From positions 25,474 through 89,473 of the IMG/VR virus record IMGVR_UViG_3300009011_000012: a stretch of DNA of 64,000 bases. One strand, 5' to 3'. Source of the DNA: a virus. The notes under the pieces are model-generated. The model saw only the letters and a list, made by a program, of their open reading frames with translations. It made no database searches and had not been told where the DNA came from. Made by a program: the position numbers and the translations under genes. This document shows, in pieces, positions 48,335 through 57,100 of this stretch (positions within the stretch are counted from its first letter, which is position 1; each line of letters starts with the position of its first letter).

Positions 48335-48910
48335 TCAGAATGCCTCCCAATCAGTAGCCATGATGTCGACACCAATCGCGCACCAATCATATCGCGCCTG
48401 CTGTTCGCCATCAGTCATCACCAGTCGTGGCATCATTGGTAAGGACGTACCTGATACCACTTGGAATAATTCGTCCGGCATAAAGCTCGCTACGCTGCTT
48501 TGATCCCCCACCATCCCCATGATCAGCGAGACATATTTCCCTTTCGGCCAGTTGGCCCGTCTTATGTCCAATCCCCGGAGAAGCCAATGGTAAGCTGTGG
48601 CAAACGTAACGCTCTCTTTGGCCAGCTGAATATCCCCATTCGTGGTGGCTTCATGGAATCGTATCGTTCTCACTGCAGCTTCTGCCAATGCCTTAAATGG
48701 TTCTTCGTCTACAGCGGATAGAGTGAACCCAAATGCCGTAACTGACACCCTTGTGCGCGCTCCCTCAATCTGAGTGTCTACGCTGAACTTTTTACGCACC
48801 AGGGCTGTGTAAAAATCATGTTTTTGATTGCTCCAGTCCCACCGGCGACCAAGGAAATCACTGAGCACCTGATCCTGTTCCGATAGCACCATTTCTACAG
48901 CTTTTGCCAC
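48335..48910 (-). CDS. DUF2829 (Tad2-like) domain protein
   Basis: TFATAYHWLLRGLDIRRANW...DIMATDWE. Confidence 0.7.
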   Translation of the reverse strand: MAKAVEMVLSEQDQVLSDFLGRRWDWSNQKHDFYTALVRKKFSVDTQIEGARTRVSVTAFGFTLSAVDEEPFKALAEAAVRTIRFHEATTNGDIQLAKESVTFATAYHWLLRGLDIRRANWPKGKYVSLIMGMVGDQSSVASFMPDELFQVVSGTSLPMMPRLVMTDGEQQARYDWCAIGVDIMATDWEAF

Positions 48911-49300
48911 GTCATTCCCCTTACTGCAGATATGCCGAAAGCCGGTCATACCGGCTCGGTTTCATCACGTCTTACTTGAGTGGCCTATTGGCCGTGAAAG
49001 TCTTCGAATGGTTCAAAATGGGGAGGATGTTATTTGCTCGTCCAGACAATGTTTCACCAACGCTATTCCGAGAGCAAGGACGCTGAATGAATAACACCCT
49101 CTCGATTTTGCGCCAGTCTCTACCTGGCCGTCACACCGAACCGTCGCGATGGTGAATCGCCGCACCCAGGACAGTGGGAGACATTGCACATTCCAGCTAC
49201 CCGAAAAGCAGTAAGACAGCGGTTAAAGGTCCCGCTACTGTTCCGGACTGCTTAATGGGTGCATGTGCCATACACCCAGCCTGCATCGTTACAACCAAAG

Positions 49301-49376
49301 TGGTGGCCCCTGCCGGGTTTGAACCGGCGACCTATCGGTTATGAGCCGACAGCTCTAACCGCTGAGCTAAAGGGCC
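49301..49376 (-). tRNA. tRNA-Ile2 (CAT), ileX-like
   Basis: Full 76-nt cloverleaf, CTCATAA loop, encoded CCA, GGCCC acceptor stem. Confidence 0.93.
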
Positions 49377-49380
49377 TTTT

Positions 49381-49509
49381 TCAATTACGTTTGGGTTTAG
49401 TCTTAGGTTTGCGCAGCGCCTTAGCTGTTTGTTCTACGCAATATGCACCCACCAGTAGCGCCAGAATCGTCCAACCTGGATTCTTATCGAAGAACTCCCA
49501 GAAATTCAT
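49381..49509 (-). CDS. 42-aa membrane peptide
   Basis: Hand-translated MNFWEFFDKNPGWTILALLVGAYCV...; abuts the upstream stop. Confidence 0.55.
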   Translation of the reverse strand: MNFWEFFDKNPGWTILALLVGAYCVEQTAKALRKPKTKPKRN

Positions 49510-49704
49510 CTAAACACCCAATACGTTCAAATTTTTCCGTGACAAGGCTGCTATGACAAACCAGATCGCAGTATTGAGCAGGTTGTAGTAGAGCAATGTC
49601 TTACCTGTGGCCATGTTAGGCTCGGCGAACAGAGCGACCATCAGGGTGATACCTATGAGAGTTATCGAACCTAGCCCGAACACCCTCAAAATAGCTCTTT
49701 GCAT
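49510..49704 (-). CDS. 64-aa two-TM protein
   Basis: AGGA RBS; two hydrophobic segments. Confidence 0.6.
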   Translation of the reverse strand: MQRAILRVFGLGSITLIGITLMVALFAEPNMATGKTLLYYNLLNTAIWFVIAALSRKNLNVLGV

Positions 49705-49726
49705 AACCGTTCCTACATGTTTGATA

Positions 49727-49860
49727 GTGCTGTGGCGCTGGGACTCGAACCCAGATAACGTCCGGCCGGACCGCATGAGATACCCTGGGTTATGATCCTT
49801 GGGTAGCGCTCAACTCCCCCTTCAGGAGGCGCTCTGTTCCAATTGAGCTACATCCACAAC
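49727..49860 (-). ncRNA. tRNA-like RNA with extra arms
   Basis: TAGCTCAATTGGAACAGAGC D-arm, CTGGG-TTCGAGT-CCCAG T-arm, about 75 nt of hairpins between them. Confidence 0.7.
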
Positions 49861-50010
49861 AGGGTGAACCATCCCCCCGGGGCTTCACTCCCCCGATAAG
49901 GTTCTCCTCGCTTAACTCCACTCGGGCCGTATCGCGCTACGGCTTGCGTGGCTACCCGCCCCCACCAGTCGCGATGCCGGACCAGAGGCAAGAATGATTC
50001 ACTCTGTTGT

Positions 50011-50070
50011 GTGCTGTGGTGCCAGGCGCTTATCTTCTGGTTGCTTCATAGAGCTGCAATTCACCACAAC
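50011..50070 (-). ncRNA. Small structured RNA closed by GTTGTGGTG/CACCACAGC
   Basis: Closing stem with two inner hairpins; same CCACAGCAC 3' end as its neighbour. Confidence 0.55.
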
Positions 50071-50164
50071 GGAAAGGACACTTACTGCGAGGCAATGCAC
50101 TCCTTCAAATTGAATGCAAAGTAGACAACCCATAGCACTAAATGACCTTACCTGTTGTGTTCTA

Positions 50165-50193
50165 AAAAAATGCCCACCGTGGGAGATGGGCAA
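50165..50193 (-). terminator. Intrinsic terminator inside the RNA cluster
   Basis: TGCCCA-TCTCCCACGG-TGGGCA-T7. Confidence 0.7.
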
Positions 50194-50215
50194 AGACTAC
50201 ACACAGCAATAATTT

Positions 50216-50348
50216 GTTGCGGCGGGGGTGCCTCCCCCTGCTGGTTCGGTCAGTGAACAACCACCAGCGGCCTCATAAGGAAAAGGTGATATCTAATGGC
50301 AAAATGACTTCACTAATTACCGCGTGCGCTGAGCCGCATTACCGCAAC
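50216..50348 (-). ncRNA. Structured RNA closed by GTTGCGG/CCGCAAC
   Basis: Closing stem, inner hairpins and a 3' GGGGG-AGGCA-CCCCC arm. Confidence 0.55.
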
Positions 50349-50990
50349 ATGAAAACACACTGCCCTGCAAAAACCCTGTCCCCACAGAGGTAGAAAGCAG
50401 TGCGCTTTCATGTTGAGAATGTTTACCGGCGCTTATCCCGGCACGGCCACTCAGGCGTCTGGTCAACCTGGCCGCTGGCGTCTTTTCGAGGCTAAAGATA
50501 AAAAACCTCGCCAGTCTTGCGTCACGTTTGCACCGTGTTTTAGCCCCTTACGAGGGCCAGGCGGACGGGGTTTGAGCCTCACGGGGCATTCTATGCGCGG
50601 GATTACGTCGTCAACCGCGTTCACTGCCGTGACAGGGAGGGCTACATGCCGTTCACCTTCTCCAATTCACTCCACCAGCGTAAAGGTAATAAAACGCATC
50701 AGGAGCGGCCCGAATCGAACTGTTTGTGGATCTTTGCAGTTCACACAAAGAGGATGACCCGTAACAGCCCGAACCTGGCCCACAGATTTATGACTACTGC
50801 CAGACCATCCTCTTTGCGTGCTGCGGCGCTTATGGAACGGCGCATCAGTACAATTTTCTAACATTTTAATTTGTCGGTGCTAATCGTTAGCGAAAGTAGC
50901 AAGCAAATAAGTTTAACCACCAGCACCGACAACAGAATGGATTGTATGTAAGCTAAGCTACCTAATCAACCCTTGTGCGTAAATAAATTA

Positions 50991-52247
50991 TCATTTTCTA
51001 ACAGTGTTGAACTTGGGAGCCTTCTTCGTTTTGGCTTCAACGTACAATTGCTCCACCCCACCGTTAGCGCTATCCCACTGATCCGCCCAAACGCGGCAAG
51101 CATTAATAACTTCGCTACGCTGCTCCCCCTGCATAAACGGGATGTGTTCGTGGAAAGCTGACGGGATACAAGCGACGCTATGTACTGTGTCAAATTTTGA
51201 ATTTCTGATAGCATCCAAAGTCTCAGGACGCATCTTAAGCTCGTCCACTGAAGCTGATTTAGAGGCAACGATACGTGCATGCAGCTTTGGAAACGCATCT
51301 TTGAGGTAGGTCATTATCTTACCGGCCAAGCATTCGTCTATCTCGTTGTTCCACTCTTCAGCAAAACCATCCATTCGAACATAAATCGGCACTCCCCAGA
51401 TGGAAGGCAGGACATCCATTGAAAGAAGAACGGTAGTGCGAATCTGATAATGGATGTTGGCCATTGTCAGGATTTCGGTTTTAAGTGCGCTGGTGGCCGT
51501 CAATCCGTATGGATGGGTATGAATATAACCAACTGCATCATGGCCATTAAAAATCATTGAGAACGATTCAGGAGTCGTACCAAATCCGGCGGCCACATTT
51601 AACTCTTCCCCGATCTGATGGCATTGAGCGCGCAGCTCTTCGACTTTGGTTTCTGCTAGGGTTAAACGCTTATTCGCCTGTGTTAAGTTCGCTGTTTGTT
51701 TTATGAATTTCTGGTTTAGCTGAGTATTCGCTTCTCTTAGCTCGCGGCGCTCCCTTTTGAGGCTCCGATTGTCCTTTTCGAGAGAATCGATCCGCTCAGT
51801 GAGAGTTGTCGGATAAGCTTTCTTGTACTGCTTAAGCTCTGTTTCGGTTGCTACGGATCGAGCCTTCAGCTGGTCGAACTTAAGTGCTACCTGCTCAAGG
51901 GTGTCAGTATGTATCTTGCGGAGGTCAAAAATAGATTGTTCGAGAGTGTCGATGTCTACCGGCGCGTTAAGGACCAAGGAAAGCGTATTCATCGCCTGGC
52001 GGGTTTTTTCGTGGAAAGCTTCGAAACGATCCGCAAGGGCGTTGTAATCCTCAGCCTCTGCGTTCAGCCTTTCATCGAAACGCTCTAACAGGCTATCAAT
52101 GGTCATTAAAGCTGTATCAAACAGTCGGGTAGTCAGATCATCACCAGTAGTCCTTTTCTGGATAAGGACTATCTGGCTACGCATTGATTCAATTTCAGCA
52201 ATGAGTATGTCTTCTTTGGTGGTTTGCGCTGCAGTTGGTTGTAACAT
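50991..52247 (-). CDS. pmgS: PmgS-like coiled-coil protein
   Basis: DDLTTRLFD, NAEAEDYN and WDSANGG match the recalled P1 protein. Confidence 0.6.
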   Translation of the reverse strand: MLQPTAAQTTKEDILIAEIESMRSQIVLIQKRTTGDDLTTRLFDTALMTIDSLLERFDERLNAEAEDYNALADRFEAFHEKTRQAMNTLSLVLNAPVDIDTLEQSIFDLRKIHTDTLEQVALKFDQLKARSVATETELKQYKKAYPTTLTERIDSLEKDNRSLKRERRELREANTQLNQKFIKQTANLTQANKRLTLAETKVEELRAQCHQIGEELNVAAGFGTTPESFSMIFNGHDAVGYIHTHPYGLTATSALKTEILTMANIHYQIRTTVLLSMDVLPSIWGVPIYVRMDGFAEEWNNEIDECLAGKIMTYLKDAFPKLHARIVASKSASVDELKMRPETLDAIRNSKFDTVHSVACIPSAFHEHIPFMQGEQRSEVINACRVWADQWDSANGGVEQLYVEAKTKKAPKFNTVRK

Positions 52248-52350
52248 TTCGCCGTTCCTAAGTTTTATTTTCTAACGAATTATATTAGAAATTAACTGTT
52301 AGTAAATAGCGAATTTTAACCAAAAAGAAACCGCCATTTGGCGGTTATGT

Positions 52351-52653
52351 TCAGAAGAAGCGCGCTAGGACAGCGGCGAGTGCCACTATCAGAAATGGCG
52401 TTAGCGCATACGTCGCGTATTTTGCAATCCGAACCTTCGAAATGGGCTTAACCCCTTCGGCATACTCTTTATCAGTCATCTTGCCCAGCCAACAGGCCGC
52501 AAGTAGCGCTGCGTTCTCACTCATACCGAGTGCCATTTGTCCTTCTCGCAGCATTTTGTCCGTAATAACCTTAGTTGGCGTTTTCATTGTAGTGCTTTGC
52601 ACACGGCCGCCGTCATCAGCGAACGACAATGAGCAATAATATAATCGCGTCAT
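52351..52653 (-). CDS. Hypothetical protein with C-terminal TM
   Basis: GGAGG RBS; ATGA overlap. Confidence 0.7.
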   Translation of the reverse strand: MTRLYYCSLSFADDGGRVQSTTMKTPTKVITDKMLREGQMALGMSENAALLAACWLGKMTDKEYAEGVKPISKVRIAKYATYALTPFLIVALAAVLARFF

Positions 52654-52880
52654 GATATAGCCTCCCAATCCCCAGCGGCGTATTCAGCTGGATGGATAAA
52701 CTCATGCTCACCGGTGATCGGGCATCGAACATCCGGCGTGCCATTTTTCAACTTAAAGATCTCAATAAAACGAGCACCTACCCAATTCTCACGACGAGCG
52801 AGAATGACAGCACCAACAGGTAAAACATCCATGATATTCATCAAATACAAAGCCCTAACCCCACTCATCAAGACTGACAT
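52650..52880 (-). CDS. Small protein, divergent DUF2829-like
   Basis: ARRENW...EYAAGDWE. Confidence 0.5.
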   Translation of the reverse strand: MSVLMSGVRALYLMNIMDVLPVGAVILARRENWVGARFIEIFKLKNGTPDVRCPITGEHEFIHPAEYAAGDWEAIS

Positions 52881-53334
52881 ATTCTTTAATCGCCTCTATA
52901 GCCTCTTCAGGACTACGGGCTTCAAAACAGTAATACCCGGCATCAGAAAGACGCGACATCCAATCAATCTGCTCTGTCGTCAACCGATTAAAACCATGTT
53001 TCATTTCAATTCGCATACCGTGATAGCCACCGCGAGCAAGATCTATGCTAAGGTCCGGATAGCCCTTCTTCTGGCCCTCGGCAACCATCTTAATCGCGGT
53101 AATTTTGCTTCTTAACCCACCATTGGGGGTTGCATGGGTATAGCGGTAAACATCTTTCATGTTGCGTTCCAGCCAATCCAAAACGCGCACTTGATCATAA
53201 TGTTCACCGTTGCCCTTAATCAGGTCTGGATTCTTTTCCAGTAAACGCAGAGCGATGGCATGAGGGGAAAGAAATTCACGCTCTTCCAGGCGCTTTAGTG
53301 CTTTGGACCTCGCTGGTCGCCGCTTCCCTACCAT
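52855..53334 (-). CDS. VRR-NUC nuclease
   Basis: HATPNGG, GYPDL, IEMK, EQIDW. Confidence 0.9.
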   Translation of the reverse strand: MVGKRRPARSKALKRLEEREFLSPHAIALRLLEKNPDLIKGNGEHYDQVRVLDWLERNMKDVYRYTHATPNGGLRSKITAIKMVAEGQKKGYPDLSIDLARGGYHGMRIEMKHGFNRLTTEQIDWMSRLSDAGYYCFEARSPEEAIEAIKEYVSLDEWG

Positions 53335-53460
53335 CGCTCACCTGAAGCCTTTGAAAATTTCATTTAAGATGCTACTTCACATTAAACGTATTATCTTTGC
53401 GCTGTGACAATTGGCGATATTTAGAACTATTCTCGGCAATAAATTCAATATATTAGACCA

Positions 53461-53721
53461 CTAAACTTCCGTAATAGTCTTTTCAATGCGTTCGATGGTT
53501 AAATCAACAGCCACTCGCCAGCCAGCCTGATCCAGGTCATTAACCTTTGCGACCAACTTCTCCTCAGTGTGAGGAAAGAAGATCCATCCCCATTTTTTGG
53601 GCTGCATTTTATTAGTAAGGGTGAATACCTTGTGATAGCGCTTAAATTCCAGGTTGTAGCCCTTGCTCTCAGCGTAAGCTTTTACATCTTCAATCGTAAA
53701 TGCACGATTTTTATACATCAC
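53461..53721 (-). CDS. lxc: Lxc-like corepressor (by position)
   Basis: darB-ulx-lxc order, size and weak similarity. Confidence 0.45.
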   Translation of the reverse strand: MMYKNRAFTIEDVKAYAESKGYNLEFKRYHKVFTLTNKMQPKKWGWIFFPHTEEKLVAKVNDLDQAGWRVAVDLTIERIEKTITEV

Positions 53722-54155
53722 GCCCCCATTAACTTGAACTTTTCTAATGACTCATCGTATGAAGTGTAAATATATGGCTCAGTGTCGTTAGCATAACTGG
53801 CAGTTTCTAACATGTGAACTGGATTGTTCACCGAGTTAGATGCAAAACGTTCATCTGCATAGAGTTGTGCAGCCAAAATGGTTAGCGCCGGTCGGCTCAT
53901 TTGGTAAATCTGAGCTACATCACTATCAACGATTTGCCCTAAATCAGTGAGCCCGCGAGTTAATAGCATTGTTTTTAGCGCTGGCCACCACGGGCCATAT
54001 AGGTGGTAAAGCACCGGATTGGTTGATATCCGCTTAAACATGTTCTCTAAGTACAGCGTAACGAATTCTTCTTCTTTACGATCCACCAGCGCCTGTGGCA
54101 GGATTTCTTCAATGTAGGCTTCAGTTGGTTTAACAGTGTCAATCAGTGTGGTCAT
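53718..54155 (-). CDS. ulx: Ulx (DarB incorporation factor)
   Basis: YGPWWP, RPALTILAAQLY match recalled P1 Ulx. Confidence 0.85.
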   Translation of the reverse strand: MTTLIDTVKPTEAYIEEILPQALVDRKEEEFVTLYLENMFKRISTNPVLYHLYGPWWPALKTMLLTRGLTDLGQIVDSDVAQIYQMSRPALTILAAQLYADERFASNSVNNPVHMLETASYANDTEPYIYTSYDESLEKFKLMGA

Positions 54156-54189
54156 TCTTTTATCGGCCCCTCACGGGGCCGCTCCATAA

Positions 54190-57100
54190 TTAAGCTGCTT
54201 CAGCTATGATTTTGCGCACTTCGTCAATTGAATAGCGAGTCGAAACCATCCATGCCGGACGATCTAAATCGATGTCAGCGACTGGGTTAACCTCAAAGTT
54301 CCAAAACTTCCCACCAATTCCTTTGATGGCATCCTTCGCTTTGCGGATTGTTGAGGAACCAGGAACGTCAGCAATCAGGTAAACAGCTCCAGCGTCCTCG
54401 CTTACACTCCACCAGCGGCCACGAACCCGGGCCCGCCCACGGATAGGGTTTTCATTTACGGTGATTGTAAAGTCCGCTTCTGCAGCTGCATCAGCTGCGT
54501 CTGACGCATCGATAGCTTGCTGTTCGCGAGCCGATTCCTGAGCCTCTAAAACTGCCCTTATCTCGTCCTCGTTGGCACCGCCATTTTTTAGGGATACGTA
54601 ATCCTCCCAACTGGCCCCCTGCAGTGTTGCAGGAAGATCATTTACGTACTCACCAGCTTTAAGTCGTTTGGCGTGACCTATCGCCATGCCCACAAGTCGG
54701 TTGACAGCAACTGAATCAGCAAAATCATCAGCAGTTATGTATTTCGCCTCAAACGCATGGATCAGCGCGCCGATCTTAATCCATACGGTAGCCGGTGATT
54801 CCAGTGGGTTATCAGCATTGGTCACAGTGCTTTGGGCTCCATGAATCTCTTGCTTAGCCGCACTATCGAGTTGAGCCCAGGCCTCCGAATCACTAAGGGC
54901 TAGGTATTGCTGATATAGTGCGTTACGCCACTCCACCAGCCCTAATTTCGTTTGCTGAATTTTGTGGGTTATGCGGGAATCTCTTACCTGCTCAAACATC
55001 CGATCAATGTCGAACGAGTTACTGAAGTCCTTCATTTGTGCGCGGAACTGCCGATTTGTGATAATCCCTTTCCAGAATGCTTCCAGGCCTTCTCCGGAAG
55101 GTTTACGAAACAGGCTGCGCAGGTCTTCAATTGTGACGCTGTTCAGGCTTCGGCCATCGAGCTCGCGCGAAGTCATCCAAGAATCAAAGATCGACGTAAC
55201 ATCATCCATGCTGGCCTGCTTACCATAAGGCTCCATCGCGCGGTCGTATTGCATGCCGAACAATGCTCGAAGGAAACCTTCAATTTCATTTGCCTGAAAC
55301 GCGTCATCTCCACTCTGGTGCTGAGTAATTTCACGTTTAAGAGCTTCGTCATTGATGTTAGGGTAGATCCACTGTTCGGCCTCAATAGCATCCTCATCCT
55401 TGCGACGGCGGCCAGAGTTGCTGAATTTACCATCAGGGATATACGCGATTGCTAACGCCCCGCTCTTCTCCCGGAATGGCCAGTAATGAATTTTCTCTGG
55501 ACCACTCCAGCCCCCTCGGCTCGGCCCTGTTACCGTCATGACATCGTTGCGGATCGCATCATAGAACTGGTCGACATTGAGAGTGGCAGATAGGTGCTGG
55601 CTCTCTACACCGCTTGCAGCTCTTTCGCGTGATTCTGCTATTCCTTCTTCGAAGGTCACTGGCTCTAAAACTGAGCTAAACAGCAGTTTCACAGTAGAAC
55701 CCGGGGAGCGTGACGAGTAGGTGTCCTTATCCAACCACGCAATACGGCACTGGTACTCTTCTGACTCAGCCTCTATAGCAGTGATACGCACGATAGCCGT
55801 CAGGTCGCGGGATTCATCAATTACTGCGCGGTAATAACTACCCTTATGCAAAAGCACGTTTTTAGCCGTTCGTACATAATCATGCGGGTTTTGAACCACA
55901 TCGATATCGATATCCAACACACCGGATTTTATCGCTCGTTCAATATCCCCACGGGACCGCTTCATCGTGGTATCCGCATCTTTTGCCCGAGATATAGCAA
56001 AACGTAACTCACGAACCCTTTTTTTCTGGTCACGGAGAACATCGACAGTAGACTTTTGTCCGTTGCGATTAGTCCCGGAAGCAATCAAACGATCAAGTGA
56101 TAGCTGAGTCTTTTCTGCCCTTTCTTGTAGACTGACCAGCTCCGCTTCCATCTGTGAGACATCTTTACCGGCGGCGTTGGCCGCTTTTAGATAGGAGTCG
56201 AGCGCGTTATTAGCCTCTCGGACGGCTTTAGCTTTAATGCGCTCATCGCGCTCGCGGGCCTGGCGCTCCATAATGGCTCGGCGCTCATCCGGGTTTGCGG
56301 CCAGCATTACCGCTCGCTCATCGGCATCATCTGCATCTCCGTTCGTCACTTCGGACAGATCAGACGTCATTACCATCTTGATCCAGTCTTTCTTGCGCTT
56401 GAGCGTATCAAGGCGGAAATCATCGAAGGTACCTTTCCCGCAATAGTAGTGGACGTTAACCTTCTCCTGAGGCGAACCAACACGAGCACCTCGACCATTA
56501 CGCTGATCAATACTGGCTGGCGTCCATGGAAGCGTCAGATGATGAATGTCCGTTGTGCCTATATGCAGGTTTATTCCGACTTCAGCCTTTTTATTGCAGA
56601 TAATGATCCGGGTGCGTCCCTCGTTATAATCCGCAGCTATCCCTTCCATCCCTTCAAGGCCAGCATCATTTTTTGCGGATACGTAATCTTCGTACAGTGC
56701 TAATTTGCTGTAATACGACTCCCAGGCTCCGTCTTTATATTCGCCGTCTTTGTTGGCCGTCGGTTCGCTCGGGCGCTTTACCTTTTTCAGCTTCACTCCA
56801 CCGGCTTGGCTAACGGTCGTCGCGTTGATAATGCCAATTTCAGCTTCCGGCAGCTGCAGCGCGCCTGCAATGATTCTGCGCAGTTTCTGATGCTGGGCTT
56901 TTTCATCGATAAACACGATCTGTTTACCACGCGTTAGCCCCTCCCGGAGGTTCTCAATCAGAGCGGCATATTTTGGCGGAACCGGGTGGGATACCAGCTG
57001 CATAGAGATGCCCGCAGCGGCGATAGCCTTCAGAATATCCGACTCAAGTGAGATGCTGGCACGCAGTTCAACGTGATTAGGGTAAGTAGTTACAGCGGTT

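Noticed and set aside
49727-49860. Intron-containing tRNA, tRNA-Sec or tmRNA
   Set aside because: The insert is too short for a self-splicing intron; no TCA in a 7-nt anticodon loop, no tag ORF and no CCA end.
49999-50864. Short ORFs across the RNA cluster
   Set aside because: No RBS, overlapping on both strands, and better explained by RNA structure.
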